From Alkalispirochaeta sp. (lineage in GTDB: Bacteria > Spirochaetota > Spirochaetia > DSM-27196 > Alkalispirochaetaceae): a DNA stretch of 64,000 bases. How positions within the stretch are numbered: the stretch's first letter is position 1; the number at the start of each line of letters is the position of its first letter. The translations under genes and the position numbers were made by a program. Below the pieces are notes generated by a model. That model saw nothing but the letters and a program-made list of their open reading frames with translations. It did no database searches and had not been told where the DNA came from. The stretch covers positions 3,904,001-3,968,000 of the forward strand of contig OZ271854.1 in the NCBI GenBank assembly GCA_965601925.1, given 5' to 3'. Of the stretch, positions 50,217 to 59,261 are shown piece by piece.

Positions 50217-51513
50217 GGTTGTCCCTCGTAAGAGCGGTGCGTAATGCCCGGATCATATAATCAATATCGATGAGTGCCGCCGTCTCGCGCGCCGAGTGCA
50301 TTGCCAGCATCGGGATACCGAGATCGAGTCCTCGTATCGCCAGACGCGAGGCCACGAAGGGACCTACCGTGGAACCGGTGGGTATATCCGAGCGATTCTG
50401 CAGGTACTGGAGCGGCACGTCGGCCTCGCGACAGACCGCGGCAAACCAGCCGCTCACCGATAGATCGCCGATATAGCTCATCTTCACGCTCTTCTTAATC
50501 GCCGGACCACCGCCTACCACCGGCGCGTACCCCGCGTCGTGTTTGTCGGCATAGTTCGGGTGTATCGCATGTGCGCCGTCGTTGGAGATAAGGATCGTCC
50601 TGGCGAGGGTACGGTCGACGGCCTCTCGTCGTTCATCCAGGGCCCGAACGATACGCGTCAGCGAACGGCGCAAAAAGTCTCCCGCGGCGCCGACTGCCGA
50701 CGCGTTTCCGATCTCCTCGTGGTTAAAAAACACCGCCATACGCCCGTGATCGACCGTCGCGTCGTCGCACAGCGCCTCCGCGTTCGTATAGCAACCTGCG
50801 GCGTTATCGATTCGCTGACTCACGACGAGTTTGCGATCGCCGTCGCCGAGGAGACGCGCCGTCTCGACGGGAACCACCGAGAGATCGGCGTCCAAAACGC
50901 GCGCAGGATCAAAATCGGCGTGGTCCGCCAAACGCTCAAAGAGCCACGTCGTAGCCGACGGTTCCCCCCGCGACGCGTCGCCTGTGAGGCCGAAGAGCGC
51001 CTGCATGTGGTCCTGTCGGTTGTACGTTGCCGCCGCGTTGACGTCTCGATTGAGATGAATTGCAAGATTGGGAATGATCGCCAGGGGACGCTTAGTGTCG
51101 ATGGGTACGACGCGCGTCGAGCCGCCTCCGTCGTCTACTACGACCGACCCGACGACGGCGAGATCCCGGTCGAGCCACGTCGCCAGAATCGGTCCGCCGT
51201 ACACCTCGACGGGGACGCGCACGAATCCGTCGACGTAACGCGCGGACCGGTGTTTTAAGCGTAGTCCCGGACTGTCGGTGTGGGCGGCCAATAGCACGAT
51301 CCCGGCGTCCGACGGCGGAAGCCTGCCGGCACGATAGGCGAGTACCGTCCCGCCGTATACGACGAAGAATGCGTCGTTTTCGGTGAGATGCCACGGTTCA
51401 CCAATCGCAAGGCGGCGAAATCCCGCCTCCTGCAACCTGGAAGCGATGGAGCGAGCGACGCCGGCGCTGCTCACTCCGGTGTCCAAAAAACGAACAAAAT
51501 CGGTCACGGCCAT
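50185..51513 (-). CDS. M18-family aminopeptidase
   Basis: AHTDSP, YGGPILATWLDRDL, LAIHL, RIDN, HEEIG, AHAIHPNY, GSTVGP, LAMHSARE. Confidence 0.93.
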   Translation of the reverse strand: MAVTDFVRFLDTGVSSAGVARSIASRLQEAGFRRLAIGEPWHLTENDAFFVVYGGTVLAYRAGRLPPSDAGIVLLAAHTDSPGLRLKHRSARYVDGFVRVPVEVYGGPILATWLDRDLAVVGSVVVDDGGGSTRVVPIDTKRPLAIIPNLAIHLNRDVNAAATYNRQDHMQALFGLTGDASRGEPSATTWLFERLADHADFDPARVLDADLSVVPVETARLLGDGDRKLVVSQRIDNAAGCYTNAEALCDDATVDHGRMAVFFNHEEIGNASAVGAAGDFLRRSLTRIVRALDERREAVDRTLARTILISNDGAHAIHPNYADKHDAGYAPVVGGGPAIKKSVKMSYIGDLSVSGWFAAVCREADVPLQYLQNRSDIPTGSTVGPFVASRLAIRGLDLGIPMLAMHSARETAALIDIDYMIRALRTALTRDNREILDADTTR

Positions 51514-51553
51514 GTGTACTCCACTATAGTTGATGTCGGGCGCGCTCGATATA

Positions 51554-52309
51554 TCATTGCGCGCTGTGAAACGCGGCCAATACGTTCCGCGCAAGCTCCA
51601 CGTCGTCGGTTACGATGCCGTCCACACCGATAGTCGCCGCTGCGCGAATTGAACGCGCATCATTCAATGTCCATACATCGACGGCGATGCGACGGCGATG
51701 GAGAAAGCGCACGAAACCGCGCGTCGCCAAGGGCACGACACCGTAGCGTCGGGGAATTTGAACGGCGAACGCCGGCGTATCGACGGTGCCCCCCAGAAAG
51801 CGTGCGCGCAGGAGCGCCTTTACCTCGTCCGGGTGTGCCGAGGTGCGTACCTCCGGCGCTATTGAGCGAAAGTATTCCAGCGCCTTGGGAAGAAAGCTCG
51901 CGACGGTCGTACGCGATAGTGCGTCGTGGCGACCGAGCAAGTCATACACCGAACGGGCCAATGCGGGCTCCGCCGTCTTCAGGTCGATATTGAAATGAAC
52001 CTCGGAACAGCAAGCGAGCACATCGTCCAAGGAGCTGATACGACACTCGCGGTGCACCGTGCCGGACTCGTCACGCATCGGATGTCTCTGCAATTCCGAT
52101 AGCGCCAGTTCCGAGACCGCGCCGCTGCCGCCGCAAACACGATCGATCACCTCGTCGTGAATCACCACAACCCGTCCGTCGCGACTCAGCCGCACGTCCA
52201 GTTCGAGAACGTCGGCTCCCGCGGCGATGCCCGCCAAGAACGCCGAAATACTGTTCTCAGGAAGACGACCGGCGCTTCCGCCGCGATGGGCGAGTATTTT
52301 CACCCCCAC
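51554..52309 (-). CDS. Glycerophosphodiester phosphodiesterase family protein
   Basis: AHRG, PENS, ELDV, VIHD, IDLK, WTLN, GVDGIVTD. Confidence 0.93.
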   Translation of the reverse strand: MGVKILAHRGGSAGRLPENSISAFLAGIAAGADVLELDVRLSRDGRVVVIHDEVIDRVCGGSGAVSELALSELQRHPMRDESGTVHRECRISSLDDVLACCSEVHFNIDLKTAEPALARSVYDLLGRHDALSRTTVASFLPKALEYFRSIAPEVRTSAHPDEVKALLRARFLGGTVDTPAFAVQIPRRYGVVPLATRGFVRFLHRRRIAVDVWTLNDARSIRAAATIGVDGIVTDDVELARNVLAAFHSAQ

Positions 52310-52450
52310 GACGCCGTCCCCGCATGCACAGAAGCGATGCTCATGATCGTGGGAGCAGTGTCCAGGCTAAGCGAATCTTTGTCAACAAACACGCGCCGCC
52401 GCGTATCGAGTACGTGGGTAAGAGCGACCCCGGGCCGACGCTCGATTCCG

Positions 52451-52903
52451 TTACAGCGTCGTTACGGTGATCACGAAGAGCCAACTTGCGCTACGCCCGG
52501 CGTCCGGTCCGCGATCCTCCTCGACCGTCACGGGTATTCGTATTCGGTAGGGGCGTCCTCGCTCTAACGCTTCGAGGTCGACATCAACGACCGCGCGTCC
52601 GACGTCGGGATGAGGTTCGTGGGAAACGACAACCGCTTCTAGGCGAAACGGCTCCCCGATCTCCACGGAGAGCCACCGATTGGGTCCGTAAGGCACCGCG
52701 TAATTCGTTGCATAGGCCTCGCCGACTTGTGCCGCGACGGAGAAGGACCACTCGGTACCGACGCGATCGTTTCGCATCATACGCGCCGACGAAACGCGCA
52801 CAACGACCGTCGATTGGGCATACGCGACGGTTGAAATCGATGCGAGAAGAAGGCCGAGTAGGATGCGTCTCTTGGTACGTCCCGCGAAGATCACAGGAGC
52901 CAT
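52451..52903 (-). CDS. Hypothetical secreted beta-rich protein
   Basis: Signal peptide (KRRILLGLLLASISTVAYA) and a beta-strand-rich mature region; alternative start at the GTG at 52894. Confidence 0.7.
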   Translation of the reverse strand: MAPVIFAGRTKRRILLGLLLASISTVAYAQSTVVVRVSSARMMRNDRVGTEWSFSVAAQVGEAYATNYAVPYGPNRWLSVEIGEPFRLEAVVVSHEPHPDVGRAVVDVDLEALERGRPYRIRIPVTVEEDRGPDAGRSASWLFVITVTTL

Positions 52904-52953
52904 TATAATTCACATTTCGGACGTAGTCTCTCCTCTTTGCATCGCGGTGCGTG

Positions 52954-53220
52954 CGAACGTTCAAACGGCCGTGCGTCATTCGTCGCTCGGGCGGTACGGC
53001 CGCTAGGTACACGGGCCCGCAATACGCGCGCCAACCTCACGCCGGGCTCCAACGCCGTGATGCGAACCGGTCAGGTACGGTATATCTCCGCCGTTGCGAC
53101 TCCATGCCCGGCTCCCACTTCGAGAATGCTCGACCCTTGCGGAGAGTTCCGATAAAGGCCGACAATGGCATAGAGCATATCCGGGTACCCGGGTCTCGAA
53201 CGGCCGTAGGCGTCGGCGAC
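52954..53220 (-). pseudogene. Class I SAM-dependent methyltransferase remnant
   Basis: Hand translation: VADAYGRSRPGYPDMLY...SSILEVGAGHGVATAEIYRT*PVRITALEPGVRLARVLRAR. It carries motif I (LEVGAGxG) and motif II (ITALEP), has an in-frame TGA at 53071-53073, and lacks the C-terminal half. Confidence 0.75.
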
Positions 53221-53241
53221 CCCTCGGTGTACAATTCCGGC

Positions 53242-56200
53242 GTGCCTCGCCTACGGAGAGTCTTCATCGTGTTCCTCGTGTTGGGAAGTGTCCTTTGCCC
53301 GAGTCGCGTCGTCCCGCAGCGCGCCATGCGGTTCACCCACGTAACGGTCCGCGACGGATTGTCGAACAACTCGGTGTACTCGATTCTACAGGACCACCTC
53401 GGTTTTTTGTGGTTCGGGACCTTCTCCGGGCTGAACCGTTACGACGGGCGCGAGATACGCACCTACCGTCCCGAACCGGCGGACCGAACGAGTATTTCCG
53501 GTTCGGTCGTATTCGATATGCTCGTAGACTCCCGAAACCGTTTGTGGGTCGGTACCGGCGGCGGCCTTAATCGATACGACTATGAAGATGATTCATTTGA
53601 GACCTATCTCCACGATCCATCCGACACAACCTCCATTCCCAGTGACAGCGTTTTTTCGCTCGCGGAGGCCTCCGACGGCTCGATCTGGATCGGTACCGCC
53701 GACGCCGGCATCGTCGTACTCGACCCCGAGTCGGAGCGGTTCCGGCGCCTGACCACCGAGTCCGTCGGCGGGCCGGCGAGCGACGTAGTTCGCGTACTCC
53801 ATAGGGACGGGAGCGGACGGATGTGGATCGGGACCACACGCGGACTCTCCGTGTACACCGGTGGACCGGCGATGGAGCACCATCTTGCGGGGCATACCGT
53901 GCGCGATATCTTCGAGGATTCTCGGGGCGCGGTATGGATCGGGACCGAAGAGACGGGCCTGCTGCGCGTCGCGCCGGGGGGCGGAAGGAGGTTCGATACC
54001 GTTATCGGCGATGTGACGATTCGGACGATCAACGAGGACCGCACCGGGCGCATGTGGGTGGGTACGGAACGTGACGGCCTGGTGACGATCGAGTCGGACG
54101 GGACGGTGCGTAGGATCACCTACGCGACCGACGAGTCGCGCTCGCTCAGTAACGACTTTGTCCGTGACATCTACATCGACCGATCGGGGTTGGTGTGGGT
54201 CGCTACACGCGGCGGCGGCCTCAACCGTTACAATCCGCGTAGCGAAGGGTTCGAGTACATCCTGGACGGCGATTACGCGCCGCGTCAGATCATGGAAGAC
54301 GAAGACGGAACGGTGTGGATCGCGACCGACGGACAGGGCATCTATCGGATCGGCCGCGACGGTCGTAGTCGGCTCACCCACGAGTCGGGTAACCCCGCGT
54401 CGTTGGTAAGCGACCACATTTACTCGCTGGCGATCGACCATCGAGGGTATATGTGGATCGGGAGCGACGGCGACGGACTCGATCGATTGAACCGCGCCAC
54501 CGGCGAGGTCGTTCGCTATCGCTTCGATCCTCTTGACGATTCTACCATTCCCTCTAACGTGATTTGGAGTCTCCTCGTCGATGCCGGAGGGCGCCTATGG
54601 GTCGGGAGCGAAGGAGGCGGGCTCAGTCGGTACGACGAGGAAACGGATCGTTTCATCCGATTTAAGAACAACCCTACCGACGAATCGTCTCTGATCGGGA
54701 ACTCCGTACGGGCGTTGTACGAGGATAGTCGCGGTGTTCTGTGGATCGGCACATGGGACGGCGGGCTGAGCCGTTTGGAACCCTCCGGTGACCGATTTAC
54801 CACCTTTACGCGCGACCCCGCCGACGCGGCGAGCATCAGCGATAACAGCGTGAACTCCATCGCCGGGACGCCCGACGGTACGCTGTGGGTCGGAACGTCC
54901 GGCGGCGGCCTCAACGCCTTTGATTCGGCAACGCAGACCTTTCGCTCCTATCGCGTCGAGGACGGACTGCCGGACAATAACGTCGTCGGGCTGGTCGTCG
55001 ATCGGGCCGGGGACTTGTGGGTGGCGACGGGAAACGGCTTAGCGCACTTCGATGCGACGACCGAGGATTTCACGAGTTACTGGCAATCCGATGGACTCCC
55101 GGCCGACGAGTTCGGGCGCAACTCGGTACTCCGAACTCGCTCCGGAGAGGTGGTGTTGGGTACCGACGGCGGCGTCATTCGATTTCATCCGGACACGATC
55201 GCGCCCAACCCGTTCATGCCGCCGGTCCGTATCATCGGGTTCAGCCTCTTCAACGAGCCGGTGACCCGGGATACGCGCGCCGGTAGACGCAGGCGTCTGG
55301 AGAGAAGCATCGTCGTAAGCGATTCGGTCGGTATCTTTCCCGGCGACTCGTTCGTGGGGTTTACGTTTGCCGCGCTAGACTTCACCGATCCGTCGAAGAA
55401 TACCTATGCAATACAACTGATCGGGTTCGATCCCGAGCCTCGCTACCTCGGACCGTCGAACCGCTACTTCTACTCGAGTTTGCCGCCCGGGGAATACACC
55501 TTGCGCGTGATGGGCGCCAATAGCAACGGAGTATGGAGCCGGGAGCACGCCGAGATCGGCGTCGAGGTGTACCCCTCCTTCTTTCAGCAGTGGTATTTCT
55601 TCGGCATCGTCGCCGCGACGGTGGGCGTCGCGATCGCCGTTGTTGCGCGTATTCGCATTCGGGGATTGCATCGCCACACCCTCCTCCTCCGGCAGTTTTC
55701 CGACAGCGTGCAGGACGCGCGGGAGGAGGAGCGCAAGAGCGTCGCCCGGGATGTGCACGACGAGTTGGGTCAACTCTTGACGACACTCAAGATGCACATT
55801 TTTTGGCTTTCCCGAAACGCCGCGGCGGGAGAACCGCAGCGCCAGGCGCGGTATGACTCCATGCTCGGTATCATCGGCGCTACCCTCGACTGGACGAAGG
55901 ACATGGCGACGAGACTGCGTCCCGTGGCGCTCGATAACCTCACGCTCGCCGAAGCGGTCGACTGGTTGGTTCGAGAAACCGATCGACACTCCGATGTCCG
56001 GTTCACTCGTAGGATCGACGCGACCGGTGAGGTATCCGTGGACCGAGCGACTACCGTGTTTCGCCTGATGCAGGAGATACTTACCAATATCGTACGACAC
56101 TCCCGAGCGACAGAAGCGCACGTCGCGGTGCGAACCGTCGACGGCGAGGTACGTATCGACATACGGGACAATGGAATCGGCATCGATCGGCACAGCCTTG

Positions 56201-56352
56201 CAGATCCGAAATCATATGGCATAATCGGGATGCGGGAACGCGTCCGGCGTCTCGGCGGCGAGATTCGATTTCGCTCCGGAGCGACCGGAACGCACGTATC
56301 CGCAAAAATACCGATGGGAGAGGCGACCAATTCCGCGAATTCTCATAGCTGA
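53242..56352 (+). CDS. Sensor histidine kinase with periplasmic Reg_prop beta-propellers, Y_Y_Y domain, HisKA_3 and HATPase_c
   Basis: Many 'D..G.LWIGT.GGLNRY' repeats, DGLSNNSV, YSSLPPGEYTLRV (Y_Y_Y), transmembrane helix, EERKSVARDVHDELGQ H-box, TNIVRH / DNGIG / GIIGMRER. Start moved to the GTG at 53242, which restores a signal peptide. Confidence 0.92.
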   Translation: MPRLRRVFIVFLVLGSVLCPSRVVPQRAMRFTHVTVRDGLSNNSVYSILQDHLGFLWFGTFSGLNRYDGREIRTYRPEPADRTSISGSVVFDMLVDSRNRLWVGTGGGLNRYDYEDDSFETYLHDPSDTTSIPSDSVFSLAEASDGSIWIGTADAGIVVLDPESERFRRLTTESVGGPASDVVRVLHRDGSGRMWIGTTRGLSVYTGGPAMEHHLAGHTVRDIFEDSRGAVWIGTEETGLLRVAPGGGRRFDTVIGDVTIRTINEDRTGRMWVGTERDGLVTIESDGTVRRITYATDESRSLSNDFVRDIYIDRSGLVWVATRGGGLNRYNPRSEGFEYILDGDYAPRQIMEDEDGTVWIATDGQGIYRIGRDGRSRLTHESGNPASLVSDHIYSLAIDHRGYMWIGSDGDGLDRLNRATGEVVRYRFDPLDDSTIPSNVIWSLLVDAGGRLWVGSEGGGLSRYDEETDRFIRFKNNPTDESSLIGNSVRALYEDSRGVLWIGTWDGGLSRLEPSGDRFTTFTRDPADAASISDNSVNSIAGTPDGTLWVGTSGGGLNAFDSATQTFRSYRVEDGLPDNNVVGLVVDRAGDLWVATGNGLAHFDATTEDFTSYWQSDGLPADEFGRNSVLRTRSGEVVLGTDGGVIRFHPDTIAPNPFMPPVRIIGFSLFNEPVTRDTRAGRRRRLERSIVVSDSVGIFPGDSFVGFTFAALDFTDPSKNTYAIQLIGFDPEPRYLGPSNRYFYSSLPPGEYTLRVMGANSNGVWSREHAEIGVEVYPSFFQQWYFFGIVAATVGVAIAVVARIRIRGLHRHTLLLRQFSDSVQDAREEERKSVARDVHDELGQLLTTLKMHIFWLSRNAAAGEPQRQARYDSMLGIIGATLDWTKDMATRLRPVALDNLTLAEAVDWLVRETDRHSDVRFTRRIDATGEVSVDRATTVFRLMQEILTNIVRHSRATEAHVAVRTVDGEVRIDIRDNGIGIDRHSLADPKSYGIIGMRERVRRLGGEIRFRSGATGTHVSAKIPMGEATNSANSHS

Positions 56353-56965
56353 CGACCATCCCGTGCTACGCCGCGGTCTCATCCAGTTACTCAAGGAATC
56401 TCTGCCGATCGCCCGGATATACGAGGTTGATGCCGGTAATCAGGTGATCCCACTGTTGCGCGAGCACCGGATTGAGGTGGTGGTTCTGGACATCAGCTTG
56501 CCGGGTAAGGACGGTATGATCGTCCTGTCGGAGATCAAAAGCGAGTTTCCCGATACTCCGGTGCTCATGCTGAGTATCCAACCGGAGGCGCAGTATGCCG
56601 CGCGCGCCTTCCGTCTCGGTGCTTCGGGCTGCCTCAACAAGGCGGTCGCGCCCGAGGAACTCGTGTGCGCCGTCCGTCGGGTACTGCAGGGCGAGACGTA
56701 CATCAATGAGGCGACGTCCCACGCCCTTCTCGATACGATTCGACACCCCGCCTCCGGCGCATCCCACCACACCCTGTCGGAGCGCGAGACGCAGGTGATG
56801 CTCATGATCGCATCGGGAAAGACGCTCTCGGAGATCGCTACCGAGTTGAACCTGAGCGTCAAAACGGTGAGTACCTATCGGAGCCGCCTTCTGGAGAAGA
56901 TGCATCTCCGTAACAATTCGCAGCTGACCCATTACGTGTACAAGAACAAGCTCATGACGTTGTAG
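56330..56965 (+). CDS. NarL/FixJ (UvrY-like) response regulator
   Basis: RILIADDHPVLRRG, LDISLPG (phosphoacceptor Asp), LuxR HTH LSERE...LSVKTVSTYRSR. Proposed ATT start at 56330; the track start at 56363 cuts off the DD motif. Confidence 0.9.
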   Translation: MPRILIADDHPVLRRGLIQLLKESLPIARIYEVDAGNQVIPLLREHRIEVVVLDISLPGKDGMIVLSEIKSEFPDTPVLMLSIQPEAQYAARAFRLGASGCLNKAVAPEELVCAVRRVLQGETYINEATSHALLDTIRHPASGASHHTLSERETQVMLMIASGKTLSEIATELNLSVKTVSTYRSRLLEKMHLRNNSQLTHYVYKNKLMTL

Positions 56966-57029
56966 GACAAAACCAGACAAAAATGTCGGATTGCGTCTTA
57001 CTGGCGAATGGAAAAGCGGCAGTTAGAAT
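56961..57029 (+). promoter_or_regulatory. citC promoter with two tandem imperfect inverted repeats (candidate regulator boxes)
   Basis: TGTAGG-N7-CAGACA (56961-56979), TGTCGG-N7-CTTACT (56984-57002), and -10 TAGAAT (57024-57029) 6 nt before the ATG. Confidence 0.55.
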
Positions 57030-57035
57030 CCGCCC

Positions 57036-58085
57036 ATGGCGTGGAGTGAGGACTTCTCGATTCGGTCGCTGTCCCGCGGCGTTGCATCGGAGCGCGCCCA
57101 GGTTGAGGCATTCCTTCAACACTACAATCTGCAATACGAGACGGATATCGATTATACCGTGGGAGTATTCCGCGGCGACGCGCTGCTCGCCACCGGTTCG
57201 CTCGCCGGTCGAGTAATCAAGGGCGTCGCGGTGAGCGAGGCCGGGCGCGGGCGCAATCTTACCGCGACGGTCGTCTCGTATCTCAAGCTCAAGGCGCACC
57301 ACCAAGGTGTGCATTCGCTCTTTCTATTCACGTCACCGGAAAATCGGACGGTATTCACCGCTCTGGGATTCTCGCCGCTGGCGGAGACATCCGATGCGCT
57401 GCTGTTCGAAGACAACAAACACGGTCTGCGCCGTTATCGCGAACGGTTGGCTGCGGCGCGTCGGGACGACGGCACAACGGCCGCAGTCGTGATGAACTGC
57501 AATCCCTTTACCAATGGGCACCGGTATCTGATCGAAACCGCGTCGCGTAGGGTCGATCACGTCGTCGTCTTCGTCGTCGAGGAAGATCGGTCGGTCTTTC
57601 CGTTCGACGATCGGTTGGCTCTGGTGGCGGCGGGAACCGAGGATCTTGCGAACGTATGCGTAGTGCCGGGCGGAGACTACATCATCTCCGGAGCGACCTT
57701 TCCCACGTACTTCATCAAGGATACCGGGCGCATCAACGCCGCCCACGCTACGCTCGACGCCACTCTGTTCGCCGACTCAATTGCGCCGGCGGTGGGTGCG
57801 ACGCAGCGCTTTGTCGGAGCCGAGCCGTACTGCGAAGTCACCGCCCACTACAACCGCGTCCTGGCCGACGTGCTTCCCCGTTTCGGCGTCGAGGTAGTAG
57901 AGATCGAACGGAAGGAGACGGCGGGCCACGCAATCAGCGCCTCACAGGTGCGCCGACTCTGGGCGCGCGACGCCCTCTGTGAGCTCGCGGCACTGGTTCC
58001 CGAGTCGACGTATCGGTTCCTGACATCCGAGGCGGCCCGGCCGATTAAGCGGCGTCTACAAGGAGACATGGATGAAGATCGTTAA
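57036..58085 (+). CDS. citC: [Citrate (pro-3S)-lyase] ligase
   Basis: N-terminal GNAT-like region, VMNCNPFTNGHRYLIE, YIISGATFPTYF, RFVGAEP, ISASQVR. Confidence 0.96.
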   Translation: MAWSEDFSIRSLSRGVASERAQVEAFLQHYNLQYETDIDYTVGVFRGDALLATGSLAGRVIKGVAVSEAGRGRNLTATVVSYLKLKAHHQGVHSLFLFTSPENRTVFTALGFSPLAETSDALLFEDNKHGLRRYRERLAAARRDDGTTAAVVMNCNPFTNGHRYLIETASRRVDHVVVFVVEEDRSVFPFDDRLALVAAGTEDLANVCVVPGGDYIISGATFPTYFIKDTGRINAAHATLDATLFADSIAPAVGATQRFVGAEPYCEVTAHYNRVLADVLPRFGVEVVEIERKETAGHAISASQVRRLWARDALCELAALVPESTYRFLTSEAARPIKRRLQGDMDEDR

Positions 58086-58368
58086 GACGGGGATCGCCGG
58101 TTCTTTGGAGTCGAGCGACGTGCTGGTTACCGTGAGCCCACCGGAGGGAGAGGGCGTACACATCGACGTGGAGAGCGCGGTGATAAAGCAGTTCGGGCGG
58201 CAGATTCGTCGCGTAGCAAAGGAGACTCTCGAGGAGCTGGAGATCACCGATGTGTTTCTCTCCCTTCAGGATAAGGGGGCGCTGGACAGCACGATTCGCG
58301 CGCGTATCGAGTCGGCGGCGTATCGGGCGGCGGGTATCAGCCGGTATCGGTGGAGGCGTCAATCGTGA
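58072..58368 (+). CDS. citD: Citrate lyase acyl carrier protein (gamma subunit)
   Basis: AGSLESSD with Ser14 attachment site, KQFGRQI, DKGALD. Confidence 0.96.
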   Translation: MKIVKTGIAGSLESSDVLVTVSPPEGEGVHIDVESAVIKQFGRQIRRVAKETLEELEITDVFLSLQDKGALDSTIRARIESAAYRAAGISRYRWRRQS

Positions 58369-59261
58369 AACTGCGCCGGACAATGCTCTACGTACCGGGA
58401 AACAACGCCGCGATGGTGAAGGATGCGCATATCTACCGGTCCGACGCGATCATGTTCGATCTGGAAGACGCGATTGCAGTAGAGGAGAAAGACAGCGCAC
58501 GTTTTCTGGTCTACCACGCGTTGCGTAACCTCAACTACGAGGGAATGGAGACGGTGGTACGCATCAACGGGCTGGACACCCCCTTCGGCCGCGACGACAT
58601 TGCCGCAATGGTAAACGCGCGGCCGAACCTCATTCGGATTCCCAAGACGGACTGCGCCGCCGACGTCCAGGAGGTCGAAGCGTTGGTCGCTGAGGAGGAG
58701 CACGCCGCCGGTGTTCCGGAGGGTACGATCGGTCTCATGGCTGCGATCGAAAGTCCCCTCGGCGTGCTTAATTCGTACGACATCGCAACGTCCTCCAAGC
58801 GGCTCATCGGTATCGCCTTCGGCGCCGAGGATTTCGTTACGAATATGAAGACGACGCGGAGTAAGGACGGTATGGAGCTCCTCTTTGCCCGTAGCCACAT
58901 CGTCGCCTCGGCGCGGGCGGCCGGCATCTATGCGCTGGATACCGTCTTCTCCGATCTCGACGACGAAGAGGGGTTGGTACGCGAAGCGACGGCGGCCAAG
59001 CAACTCGGATTCGACGGTAAATCGGTAATCTCACCGCGCCAGATTGCCCCGGTACATCGCGTCTTTCAGCCCGCCGACGGCGAGATCGAGTCGGCAAAAC
59101 GGGTCATGCGCGCCGTCGCCGAGGCGGAGAGAGTCGGGGCCGGCGTCTTTACCGTCGACGGGAAGATGGTCGACAAGCCGATTATCGAGCGCGCCGAGCG
59201 CATCATCGAGTTGGCGCGAGCGGCGGGCTACCGCATTACCGCGGAGGACATCAATGGCTAG
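58365..59261 (+). CDS. citE: Citrate lyase beta subunit (citryl-ACP lyase)
   Basis: LRRTMLYVPG, FDLEDA, VVRIN, AIES, GAEDF, GFDGKSVI, GKMVDKP. Confidence 0.96.
   Translation: MKLRRTMLYVPGNNAAMVKDAHIYRSDAIMFDLEDAIAVEEKDSARFLVYHALRNLNYEGMETVVRINGLDTPFGRDDIAAMVNARPNLIRIPKTDCAADVQEVEALVAEEEHAAGVPEGTIGLMAAIESPLGVLNSYDIATSSKRLIGIAFGAEDFVTNMKTTRSKDGMELLFARSHIVASARAAGIYALDTVFSDLDDEEGLVREATAAKQLGFDGKSVISPRQIAPVHRVFQPADGEIESAKRVMRAVAEAERVGAGVFTVDGKMVDKPIIERAERIIELARAAGYRITAEDING

Noticed and set aside
53340..55200. Recurring TGGATCGG/TGGGTCGG-like DNA motifs that could suggest a repeat array
   Set aside because: They encode the W-I/V-G-T blades of the Reg_prop propeller inside one reading frame; not CRISPR or a non-coding array.
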